A DNA stretch of 64,000 bases from Bacteroidia bacterium. GTDB taxonomy: Bacteria > Bacteroidota > Bacteroidia > Bacteroidales > VadinHA17. The stretch lies in assembly GCA_026391215.1 (NCBI GenBank), contig JAPLDX010000056.1, forward strand, positions 107,452 through 171,451, in the 5' to 3' direction. The notes below the pieces were generated by a model. It was not told the origin of the DNA, ran no database searches, and saw only the letters and a list, made by a program, of their open reading frames with translations. Below are positions 18,103 through 27,440 of this stretch, one piece after another (the stretch's first letter is position 1; every line of letters starts with the position of its first letter). The position numbers and the translations under genes were made by a program.

Positions 18103-18217
18103 TACTCACCCCCCAACCCCCTCTCTGCTAAAGCAAAGAGGGGGAGCTAAATAGCTGTATATAAATAAGTTGTCCCCCTCCTTGCTTCAGCAGGGAGGGG
18201 GACAAAGGGGGTGGGTA
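18103..18217. repeat. Orphan REP doublet (REPIN-like inverted pair of hairpin repeats)
   Basis: Left TACTCACCCCCCAACCCCCTCTCTGCTAAAGCAAAGAGGGGGA; right reverse complement TACCCACCCCCTTTGTCCCCCTCCCTGCTGAAGCAAGGAGGGGGA; AT-rich spacer; between convergent genes. Confidence 0.85.
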
Positions 18218-18230
18218 CCTGTGAAAAAAA

Positions 18231-19328
18231 TTATTTACCTAAGATCTCTTTTACCTTATTATACAGGTCTTCTCCCCTCAGGTTCCTGGCAATAATGGTT
18301 CCGTTCTCATCGAGAAGAAAATTTGCAGGTATTGCATTTACTGCATATAGTTTTGCAGCAGCATTGTTCCAATACTGAAGGTCGGAAACATGTGTCCACG
18401 TCAGTTTATCATCAGCGATAGCCTTTAACCAGGCTTCTTTTTCCCTGTCGAGTGATACTCCGAAAACATAAAATCCTTTTTTGCTGAACTCCTTGTACAC
18501 TTTTACCACATTAGGGTTCTCCTGACGGCAAGGATTGCACCATGCAGCCCAGAAATCAACAAGAAGAAGCTTTGCACCTACTTTTGAATAAAGGGCAACG
18601 GGATTACCATCAACATCATTTAGCGTAAAATCGGGAGCTTTTTGTCCTACTGCCACTGCCTTCATAACCTGAGCTCTTGCCAGAAGGTCTTTTGCCACAG
18701 GGGTTTTAGCAACATTGGTATCCATGGCACTGATGGCTTCTTCAATTTCAACAGCTTCCATATCATAGCTCAGACTCTTCAAAATTGAAGGTGATACATA
18801 TGATGAGGGATTATTTTTTACAAAATCTTTTTCCAGCTGTGTCATCTCATTCTGGATTACCTCTGCTTCTTTTTCAAGCCGGGCTACCTCTTCTGTGTTA
18901 TTTGCCTGAGTGGCAGACTGGTATTCGGTATAAAGGTTTGAGTATTTTTCGTTTAAAGGCTTATTGGATTCAATGAAGGCCTGGTATTCATCCTGGGTTT
19001 TTGATCCGCTGACTTTTGCATAGCTCAGTGAATCCAGCTTCCCTGAAATTGCAATATCTGTGTTCTCAAGATAAAAGGAAAGCCTTTCCCGGCTGCTGGC
19101 TGCAACAAGATATACCATTTCCGGGAACTCAACTGCACCCGTCATTTTAAAGATCCCTTTTTTGGAGATTGCCGAATCAAGGTTTATAAAAGCGCCGGCT
19201 TCTCTTTTCTGAAGAAAAAAGTTCACACTATCGGAATCCTGAATGTTCCCAGTTACAACAAATTTTGGTTCTGAACTGCAGCCATTTATTATGAGCACTG
19301 CGAAAACCAGGTAAATGATCTTTTTCAT
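18231..19328 (-). CDS. TlpA/AhpC-TSA family thiol-disulfide oxidoreductase lipoprotein (DUF4369-like N-terminus)
   Basis: Lipobox INGC, DFWAAWCNPCR, AIPANFLLD. Confidence 0.92.
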   Translation of the reverse strand: MKKIIYLVFAVLIINGCSSEPKFVVTGNIQDSDSVNFFLQKREAGAFINLDSAISKKGIFKMTGAVEFPEMVYLVAASSRERLSFYLENTDIAISGKLDSLSYAKVSGSKTQDEYQAFIESNKPLNEKYSNLYTEYQSATQANNTEEVARLEKEAEVIQNEMTQLEKDFVKNNPSSYVSPSILKSLSYDMEAVEIEEAISAMDTNVAKTPVAKDLLARAQVMKAVAVGQKAPDFTLNDVDGNPVALYSKVGAKLLLVDFWAAWCNPCRQENPNVVKVYKEFSKKGFYVFGVSLDREKEAWLKAIADDKLTWTHVSDLQYWNNAAAKLYAVNAIPANFLLDENGTIIARNLRGEDLYNKVKEILGK

Positions 19329-19404
19329 ATTAAATAGTTTTAATTATTTCTCAGATATATAATTTTTCAAATCGCGCAAAGGTATCAATTATCATAAATC
19401 CAAA

Positions 19405-20493
19405 TCACCTTTTAAGGTATTTTTCAATTAAATAAAGAGCAGCCCTGTATGATGTAATTTTACCCTTACGCAGCATATTCTCCAGACGTGGCTTGATTAT
19501 TTTTACATCCTCATTATTATAAAATGAATTATTCAGGTATTCGAGTATTGTATCGTGCATTATTATAACAGCCTGATGCTTCCTGCGTTCATCCCAGTAA
19601 CCGCTACTCTTTGTAAAAGCGGCATATTCCATTATATTATTCCACAGTTCTTCTATTCCGGCATTTTCTATTGCAGAACATGTCATTACCTTCGGTTTCC
19701 ATCCTGAGGGGGGTATAGGATACATTTGGAGAGCATTCTGAAATGAGATCCTGGCTCCTTCCGCAGCAACCCGGTTAAGCCTGTCAGCCTTGGTAATTGC
19801 TATTTCATCAGCCATTTCTATAATGCCGCGTTTTATCCCCTGGAGCTCATCTCCAGCACCGGCAACCATCAATAAGAGGAAAAAGTCGACCATAGAATGG
19901 ACAGAAGTTTCGGATTGCCCCACTCCCACAGTTTCCACGATGACAGTATCAAAACCAGCTGCCTCGCATAATATAATTGTCTCTCTTGTCTTCCTTGCCA
20001 CTCCGCCGAGCGTACCAGCTGAAGGTGAAGGCCTTATGAAGGCATTGGGATGTGTGCTGAGCTTTTCCATTCTTGTCTTATCACCAAGGATGCTCCCTTT
20101 TGTCTTTTCGCTGCTTGGATCAATTGCCAGAACAGCAAGCTTATGTCCCTGCCCGGTGACATATAATCCGAAAGATTCAATGAATGTGCTTTTACCTGCT
20201 CCCGGAATCCCTGTTATTCCGATTCTAATTGAATTACCGCTGTATGGAAGGCATTTTTCTATGATAGCCTGTATGGTATTGTAGTGCTTTGGCAACAAGC
20301 TCTCTGTTAGGGTGATCGCCCTGCTAAGGATAGTTCTGTTTCCAGACAGGATGCCCGATACGTATTCATCAACCGAATATTTTTTTCTTCCCTTCTTTCC
20401 TTTTCCTTTCAGAACATCAGGATTAATGCTGGGAGGCTGCTCTATGCCCTTCTGAACCTTCAGCGCACTGTCATATTTTAATTTTTCTTCCAT
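19405..20493 (-). CDS. meaB: Methylmalonyl-CoA mutase-associated GTPase
   Basis: GITGIPGAGKS, AIDPSS, GSILGDKTRM, VETVGVGQSE, GDELQGIKRG; start at ATG 20493. Confidence 0.95.
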   Translation of the reverse strand: MEEKLKYDSALKVQKGIEQPPSINPDVLKGKGKKGRKKYSVDEYVSGILSGNRTILSRAITLTESLLPKHYNTIQAIIEKCLPYSGNSIRIGITGIPGAGKSTFIESFGLYVTGQGHKLAVLAIDPSSEKTKGSILGDKTRMEKLSTHPNAFIRPSPSAGTLGGVARKTRETIILCEAAGFDTVIVETVGVGQSETSVHSMVDFFLLLMVAGAGDELQGIKRGIIEMADEIAITKADRLNRVAAEGARISFQNALQMYPIPPSGWKPKVMTCSAIENAGIEELWNNIMEYAAFTKSSGYWDERRKHQAVIIMHDTILEYLNNSFYNNEDVKIIKPRLENMLRKGKITSYRAALYLIEKYLKR

Positions 20494-20587
20494 TCGTGGA
20501 ACTAATAACTCACAAAAATAATAAAAGGGCGCCATATTATTGATTGACACCCTCTTAATTAAATATATTTAACTTAACGGTAAAGAT

Positions 20588-21679
20588 CTACTTTACTGCG
20601 GCTGCCTGTTCGACAGTTGCATTCAGCATCAATATTACCTCGGAATTTTTCGGATCGTTGGAATAAACATAGATAGCCTTGGTAACTTTCCCGCTATAGC
20701 TTCCTGAATTGAATACGGCTTTAATTGAGCTCGACCCACCGGGTTTGATGCCAACGCCCTGTTGCCCCTGTAAGACTGCAGTGCATCCGCAAGTTGATCT
20801 GACATGTCTAATTATCAGGTCTGATTTGCCTTCATTGGTGAATTTAAACTCTACCTCTCTGGCTGTAGCACCGGGTATTGTTCCAAGCTCAACGGTTGTT
20901 GCAGCCAGCTTGAAAACCGGGGCATTCTCCATTTCCTCCCTGGTCATTGAGGAGAAATCCTCAACCAGGTTTGCTGATACATAATAATACACATTCTCCT
21001 GAACAACATCGTTAAGCACTATTTTTACCATATCGCTTACATTTCCCCAGCCACCGTTCTTTGTAGCATCATAGGTTCCCTCGATGATTCCTTTCTGTCC
21101 CGGTTTAAGGGTTTCAGGATTGGCTTTAATGGAGAGATGTGCAGGGAGGTTGTCAAACCCTATTTTGACAGGCTCCTTGGATATATTAATAAGCTGCATA
21201 ACCCGTATTTTCTTCTCGGTTTTTTTGACATTCGTAAAGGCAAGATGATTGCTTTCAAATCTCACTGCACCAACAGGAAACGTAAAAATCTCCTCAATGG
21301 TTTTCTCCCGGGGTATCACTTCACCTTTTATGACAAACACGACTACCTCCGGCTTGGAATTCGTATAAACTGAGAGAGTTTTGTTAAATCGACCGGGGCG
21401 GTCTTTCGGATCATAAATTGCAGTTATTATCCCTTCTTCTCCTGCCGGGATGGGTTGTCGTGTCCATTCAGGCTGGGTACAACCGCATGATGCCACAACA
21501 TTCTGGATCACCAGAGGCGAATTACCGGTGTTGAAAACATGAAAATTATAGGTCTGCTTTCCGGCTTCCTCCTTAAACGTTCCAAAATCATGTTCACTTT
21601 CTGTCAACTTCATTACCGGCTGAGAAACGGCTGAGACACTGATAATCACCATTGATATAAACAAAAAAAGCTTTTTCAT
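20588..21679 (-). CDS. DUF1573 multi-Ig-domain secreted protein
   Basis: Signal peptide; two (S/T)CGCT motifs in repeated Ig-like modules. Confidence 0.85.
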   Translation of the reverse strand: MKKLFLFISMVIISVSAVSQPVMKLTESEHDFGTFKEEAGKQTYNFHVFNTGNSPLVIQNVVASCGCTQPEWTRQPIPAGEEGIITAIYDPKDRPGRFNKTLSVYTNSKPEVVVFVIKGEVIPREKTIEEIFTFPVGAVRFESNHLAFTNVKKTEKKIRVMQLINISKEPVKIGFDNLPAHLSIKANPETLKPGQKGIIEGTYDATKNGGWGNVSDMVKIVLNDVVQENVYYYVSANLVEDFSSMTREEMENAPVFKLAATTVELGTIPGATAREVEFKFTNEGKSDLIIRHVRSTCGCTAVLQGQQGVGIKPGGSSSIKAVFNSGSYSGKVTKAIYVYSNDPKNSEVILMLNATVEQAAAVK

Positions 21680-21946
21680 TCTATATTAAAATTATAGTTA
21701 AAACATAATAAATCCAATAATAACCCGGTTTTTACATAAACAATTCCTGATGGGAATTGGTTGCATGAGGTAATACAAAAACCGGACCGGAAAATCAATG
21801 AACCTCTTTTACCGAACAAAAATAACAAACTTTAACCTTTTTGAATATTTTAAACCATAATATCATTAGTTTTGTCGCTCAATCCGGATCATTTGGAATA
21901 AATTTTGCTGCCTGAGAATCCGGATTGCCGCATGAGGATATAGAGA

Positions 21947-24900
21947 ATGATAAGCGCTCGCAGACTGATAATCATTATTATAGCCTGTATCTTTTACTTA
22001 GATGCCGGAGGTCAGTTCTATAACGGCCACCAGATGACCTTTGGCAAGAATAAAGTACAGTACTATGATTATTACTGGATGTACTACAGGTTTGATGATT
22101 TTGACTGCTATTTCAATGAATTCGGGCGCGACCTGGCCCAGTATACAGCAGATTATGCAACAAAGAAGCTTGAAGAAATTGAGGATTTCTTTGACTATTC
22201 TCTCGAAAAAAGGCTGGTATTCATCATCTATAATAAAAATGCTGAATACAAGCAATCCAATATCGGACTGGTTACCTCTGATGAAGACAGCTATAATACA
22301 GGTGGGTTCAGCAGGATAATAGAAAATAAGGTAATGCTCTATTATGAAGGTGATCATGTTGCCTTTCAAAAACAAATAGCTGCTTCAATTACAGAGGTGA
22401 TTATCAACGAGATGCTATATAACGCCGATGTTAAGGACAGGATAACCAGCTCTTCCCTGATCACTCTGCCCAACTGGTTTATCAAGGGACTCATTAATTA
22501 TGTATCATACGGATGGGACTATGAAGCAGAAAACAGGGTTAAAGATGGCTTTAAATCAAGGAAATATAGAAACATAAACAACCTGGAGTATGAGGATGCA
22601 CTCTATGCAGGACTCTCCTTCTGGCGGTTCATTGGTCAACAGTACGGAGATGCTCTTATACCCAATATTATTTACCTGACAAAGGTTTACAAGCATATTG
22701 ATGACGGATTTCTCTATGTAATCGGGAAGGATCTGAAAGATCTCCTTAAAGAATGGAAAGAGTATTATGCAAACGAATACTCTGCTGACAAAAGCCTTCC
22801 GGGTTATGACGAAAATACGGTCCGCAGATCAAAAAAAGAACAGATCTATCAGACGGTTAAATTAAGTCCTGACGGACAATATATAGCCTATGTCACTAAC
22901 GACTGGGGAAGAAAAAGGATATGGCTGTATGATCAGAATACTGAAAAGATGAAGGTTGTTTTCAAGGCTGAGCCGAAATATGAACAGGTCGTTGATAAGA
23001 CTTATCCCATGATTGCCTGGCATCCAAGCGGGAAGATACTCACCATAGTTAACGAAGAAAAAGCCGGACTGGTCATGTATTTTTACAGGATCACAGAGAG
23101 ATCAACTGAACAGAGGAATCTTCTCTATTTTGACAAGATCCTTGATTTTTCATATTCGCCTGACGGATCAAGGCTTATATTTTCTGCGGTGAAAGATGGT
23201 GTGACAGATCTCTATGTACACACAATTGCCTCCGGGACCAATGAGCAGATCACAAGGGATATTGCCGATGATCTTAATCCCTCTTTTCTGGATGATCATC
23301 CTGATGAAATTATCTTTTCATCAAACAGGTTGTCGGATACCCTTACAAACAGTGCAGATCCGTTTGAAAAAGTCTCATTGACATTTGATCTTTTCACATA
23401 CAATATTTCGGGCAACAGCAAAATACTTACCAGGCTCTCCGAAGGCAAATATACCGACAGGTTTTCACCATCAGGGATTGCCCCGGACAAGTTTGCATAC
23501 ATTGGAGATGGGAATGGTGTACTTAACAGATACACAGCTACTTTTGACAGTGCAATAAGTTATATTGACACTACTACTCATTACAGATATTTTATAAATT
23601 CTCTCCCTGTTACAAATTATGACAGAAATATTCTTGATCAGTCGGTGAGAAACGGGTCGGATATGTATGGGGAGGTACTTTTCAGCAAGGGCAGGTATCT
23701 TGTGAGGAAAGTAAATACGAGCAGTTCGGTTCCTATACCCGAAAATGAGATTACCGTAAGTACTTTCCGCAAGGAAAAGGAGAGGCTGCTGCATAAAGCT
23801 GACAGTGTAAATCAGCTGAGGCAATGGCTCGTTGCCGAAGATAAAAAACGAAGGGATACTCTTACAAAGCCGCTATATGAGTATTATATAAAAAATGAAC
23901 CCATTGATATAACCCATTATATCTTTGAGAAGGAAAAGCAGAACTATTATGAGCAGCTCTGGAGAAAAGATTACATGGATATTGACCTTGATACCGGGGA
24001 GCTTGCCCTTCCTCTGCTAAGGATATATGAAACTTCCTTTTATAACAATTATATTGCTAACCAGATTGATTTCACCTTTCTGAATAACTCGTACCAGGTT
24101 TACAGCGGAGGAGCCCCATATTTCAATCCCGGGCTGAATGTCCTTAACAGAATCGGAGTTATTGATCTTTTCGAGAATTACAGGATTACAGGGGGATTCA
24201 GATTTTCGGGCAATTTCGATAGCAATGAATATCTGGTCAGTGTTGAGAATCTTAAGGGAAAATTCGATAAACAGCTGATTTTTCACAGGCTGGCATTCTT
24301 CAGTGAAAGTGATTCCGGCGATTATTTCAAATCACATACGCATAACCTGTACCTGTCATTATCCAAGCCATTTACCCCTGTTTTTGCCCTTAAAGGAACT
24401 CTTGCATACAGGTACGACAGGCATGTATATCTGCCCACCGATCTTGCATCTCTGAGCAATGAAAATTTCTCTCGCCACTGGGTCAGCCTGAAAGGAGAAG
24501 TTATTTATGACAATACAAGGAAGAGAAGCATAAATATATATTACGGCACAAGATTCAAGGTTTTTGGTGAATACTACAAAGAACTTACGTATGATAAATC
24601 GGATATGATAGTCATAGGTGCTGATTTCCGGAAATATACCAAAATACACAGGGAGCTTATCTGGGCAAACAGGATTGCAGCCAGCACTTCATACGGTCCC
24701 ACAAAGCTTGTTTATTACCTGGGAGGTGTTGACAACTGGATGGGATATCTTTTCAGTAAATATGCCATGTTCGATAATACAATTCCAGTCAATCCAAATA
24801 TAAACTATGGTTTTCAGACACTTGCCACAAACCTGAGGGGATTCAGCCAGAATATCAGGAATGGAAATAATTTCGCACTGATCAACAGTGAAATAAGATG

Positions 24901-25225
24901 GCCTGTTATAAGGTATTTTGCCGGTCATCCTCTTCGTTCCAACTTACTGAACAGCATTCAGATAGTTGCCTTCGGCGATATCGGTACAGCCTGGACTGGC
25001 AGATCACCCTGGTCGGGTGAAAATGCCTGGGATAATGAAATTTTTGTCAACGGCCCTGTTAAAGTAATACTCGATTCCAACAGGGAACCCATTGTGGCAG
25101 GATTCGGAGCAGGAGCACGTGCCCAGGTGCTTGGTTATTTTGTCAGGGCGGACTGGGCATGGGGAATAGAGAATAATTATATTCTGCCAAGGATATTCTA
25201 CCTGTCCTTTAGCCTCGACTTTTGA
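21947..25225 (+). CDS. Outer-membrane protein: degenerate peptidase-like domain, PD40/TolB-like propeller and Omp85-like barrel
   Basis: Signal peptide, FGKNKVQY, SPDG repeats, LRGF loop motif, C-terminal FYLSFSLDF. Confidence 0.75.
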   Translation: MISARRLIIIIIACIFYLDAGGQFYNGHQMTFGKNKVQYYDYYWMYYRFDDFDCYFNEFGRDLAQYTADYATKKLEEIEDFFDYSLEKRLVFIIYNKNAEYKQSNIGLVTSDEDSYNTGGFSRIIENKVMLYYEGDHVAFQKQIAASITEVIINEMLYNADVKDRITSSSLITLPNWFIKGLINYVSYGWDYEAENRVKDGFKSRKYRNINNLEYEDALYAGLSFWRFIGQQYGDALIPNIIYLTKVYKHIDDGFLYVIGKDLKDLLKEWKEYYANEYSADKSLPGYDENTVRRSKKEQIYQTVKLSPDGQYIAYVTNDWGRKRIWLYDQNTEKMKVVFKAEPKYEQVVDKTYPMIAWHPSGKILTIVNEEKAGLVMYFYRITERSTEQRNLLYFDKILDFSYSPDGSRLIFSAVKDGVTDLYVHTIASGTNEQITRDIADDLNPSFLDDHPDEIIFSSNRLSDTLTNSADPFEKVSLTFDLFTYNISGNSKILTRLSEGKYTDRFSPSGIAPDKFAYIGDGNGVLNRYTATFDSAISYIDTTTHYRYFINSLPVTNYDRNILDQSVRNGSDMYGEVLFSKGRYLVRKVNTSSSVPIPENEITVSTFRKEKERLLHKADSVNQLRQWLVAEDKKRRDTLTKPLYEYYIKNEPIDITHYIFEKEKQNYYEQLWRKDYMDIDLDTGELALPLLRIYETSFYNNYIANQIDFTFLNNSYQVYSGGAPYFNPGLNVLNRIGVIDLFENYRITGGFRFSGNFDSNEYLVSVENLKGKFDKQLIFHRLAFFSESDSGDYFKSHTHNLYLSLSKPFTPVFALKGTLAYRYDRHVYLPTDLASLSNENFSRHWVSLKGEVIYDNTRKRSINIYYGTRFKVFGEYYKELTYDKSDMIVIGADFRKYTKIHRELIWANRIAASTSYGPTKLVYYLGGVDNWMGYLFSKYAMFDNTIPVNPNINYGFQTLATNLRGFSQNIRNGNNFALINSEIRWPVIRYFAGHPLRSNLLNSIQIVAFGDIGTAWTGRSPWSGENAWDNEIFVNGPVKVILDSNREPIVAGFGAGARAQVLGYFVRADWAWGIENNYILPRIFYLSFSLDF

Positions 25226-25367
25226 TAACTCACTGGATTTAACCGTTTTGCGATGGTTTTTTAAATCAGTTATGAATATTGCATATTTCCCTTTGAATTT
25301 TTTTAATTGAGAAAATTTGGGTAGTTTTGTACGATTACCGTAATTTATTAAACTAAAAATAAAAGAA

Positions 25368-25538
25368 ATGGCTTACAAAATCAGCGAAGATTGCACTGCA
25401 TGCGGAACATGTATTGATGAGTGTCCCGTTGAGGCTATATCTGAGGGCGACATCTATAAGATCAATCCTGATATTTGCACCGATTGTGGTGCCTGTGCAG
25501 ATGTCTGCCCTGTAGAGGCAATCCATCCTGCAGAATAA
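25368..25538 (+). CDS. 2[4Fe-4S] ferredoxin, 56 aa (not in the ORF track)
   Basis: MAYKISEDCTACGTCIDECPVEAISEGDIYKINPDICTDCGACADVCPVEAIHPAE; two CxxCxxCxxxCP motifs; TAGTTTTG box at 25322. Confidence 0.97.
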   Translation: MAYKISEDCTACGTCIDECPVEAISEGDIYKINPDICTDCGACADVCPVEAIHPAE

Positions 25539-25558
25539 TGCAATCTGAAAGAAAAAGT

Positions 25559-25587
25559 AAGGCTGTTGGGAACAACGGCCTTTTTTT
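25559..25587 (+). terminator. Intrinsic terminator
   Basis: AAGGCTGTTG-ggaa-CAACGGCCTT followed by a T-tract. Confidence 0.8.
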
Positions 25588-26608
25588 ATTTTGGATCATA
25601 CTTTGCTGCTTCAAGAAGGCCCTGAATATCAGTATTATCCATCATCTCTCCAAGACTTGTATTTCTGTTTCTCATCATATATGATTCAACGATCCTGAAG
25701 CCAAGCCAGGTTGAAGCTCTTCCCGGTGATTCATACGTAAAATAGGTGGTAAAAGGAGCTTCGCCTGTAAGCTTCTTTATCGTAAATTGATCCGGACTGA
25801 AAAGCAGATCCTTCTCAATAAGATATTGCCACATCTGATTTTCATTATTCATACAGAATTTCATCTGATCTGATGAAAATCCGAAAAGAATGGTATCACT
25901 AATTTCAGGTATCATACATTTTTCAAAGTATCTGAGCTTACCCTCATGTATCATTTCCGTCATGACATTATCCGCTGCATATCCCATTGAAGCAAAATCC
26001 CATTCCGAAGCACCCCATCCGTATATACAGTCGGGAACAATATTCCAGGAGTTCATCCTGGCAGAAATATATCTGTATATCTGAAGCTGCTGATAATATT
26101 CACAATCCCTTCCAAGATACCTGTCAAGCCCTATGCCGATAACAGAATCACCGATAATAAGACTGTTATTGAATCCTGTTATGCAGGTATATACTGCCGG
26201 GATATCCGCCCCTGGGAAATACCATTTAAAATGTCGAAAAGCATCTTCCATATCATCTTCTATATCCGTGACGTCAGGATAAAGCTGCATAACAGCTCCA
26301 TACACCTCATTATTAAGCTTGTCAGTGCAAAAGCTCACAAGAAAATCACCGAATAAGGAATCATTTACATTGCCTGAATTAATGACATAACTGAAAAGCT
26401 GAAGGAAGCTGTTATACTTTTCCTTCAGGCCAGGAATTATTGAAGGCACTTCAGCAGGATCCACTGTGAAGAGATCCTTTTCAAGCCTGACGATCTCGAT
26501 GTTTGCAGAAACTGAGGAGATATTTATCCTGTATGGATTCTTTTTGCAGGATGATAGTCCTGTAATCAATAATATTATGAAAAGGAGGCCAGTAAAACGG
26601 ATCCGCAT
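25586..26608 (-). CDS. GldB-like lipoprotein
   Basis: Lipobox LSSC; IGLDRYLG, MIHEGKLRY, EAPFT, SPGRASTWLGFRIVESYM as recalled for GldB. Confidence 0.8.
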   Translation of the reverse strand: MRIRFTGLLFIILLITGLSSCKKNPYRINISSVSANIEIVRLEKDLFTVDPAEVPSIIPGLKEKYNSFLQLFSYVINSGNVNDSLFGDFLVSFCTDKLNNEVYGAVMQLYPDVTDIEDDMEDAFRHFKWYFPGADIPAVYTCITGFNNSLIIGDSVIGIGLDRYLGRDCEYYQQLQIYRYISARMNSWNIVPDCIYGWGASEWDFASMGYAADNVMTEMIHEGKLRYFEKCMIPEISDTILFGFSSDQMKFCMNNENQMWQYLIEKDLLFSPDQFTIKKLTGEAPFTTYFTYESPGRASTWLGFRIVESYMMRNRNTSLGEMMDNTDIQGLLEAAKYDPK

Positions 26609-26735
26609 AGCAAACTTATTTATGATCCCAAAAGTAAATACTTTTCTCCTTTACGGCAACTGCTCCCAACTTCAATTTTTATTTGTTAATTTTACTGCTC
26701 TTTTGAATAGCTAAATTATTTAAACGATAAAAACA

Positions 26736-27431
26736 ATGAAATCACTCAAGACAGTAAGCAACAAACAGATTTCAATTGTATGCTTAATGGTATTTTTCTT
26801 ATCCCCTACCAGAATGTTTGCACAGGAGAGAATAAGTATAGGAGTGCACTTTGATCCGTTGATAAGCTGGTTTGGTTCCGATATTGGTGCCGTAAAGAAT
26901 GATGGTGCCAGACCAGGCATTAATGCAGGACTCACATTCAATATACCATTCAGCCCAAATTATTCCTTTTCAACAGGTCTGAACCTGATCAATGCAGCCG
27001 GGCGACTTGTTTGCAAGGATGATACACAGCTTGAACTGGTAAATACTGAGACTGTCCTGGCTAATGAACCGGTTATTTATAAGATCCAGTATGTTGCCCT
27101 GCCCATGGGATTGAAGCTGGAGACAAACCAGATAGGGTACCTTACATTTTTTTCTGATGTTGGACTGGATCCCAAAGTCAGAATTAGCGGAAAAGCAGAT
27201 ATTCCATCACTTGAGATTGAAGGGGAAAAAGCAACATCGGAACTGAAGCTGTTTAACCTTTCATATCACATTATGGCAGGAATTGAATACTCGCTGGGAG
27301 GAAATACTTCAGCAGTACTCGGGATCGGCTTTGAGAACAACTTTCTGGATGTGACCAAGGATAATGGGACACAACCTGTTGACAAAGTGACACACAGACT
27401 TGTATCTATGAGGCTTGGAATCAACTTCTAA
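26736..27431 (+). CDS. Outer-membrane beta-barrel protein (porin/PorT-like family)
   Basis: Signal peptide, QYVALPMGLK strand, terminal RLGINF. Confidence 0.8.
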   Translation: MKSLKTVSNKQISIVCLMVFFLSPTRMFAQERISIGVHFDPLISWFGSDIGAVKNDGARPGINAGLTFNIPFSPNYSFSTGLNLINAAGRLVCKDDTQLELVNTETVLANEPVIYKIQYVALPMGLKLETNQIGYLTFFSDVGLDPKVRISGKADIPSLEIEGEKATSELKLFNLSYHIMAGIEYSLGGNTSAVLGIGFENNFLDVTKDNGTQPVDKVTHRLVSMRLGINF

Positions 27432-27440
27432 CTGAAATCA

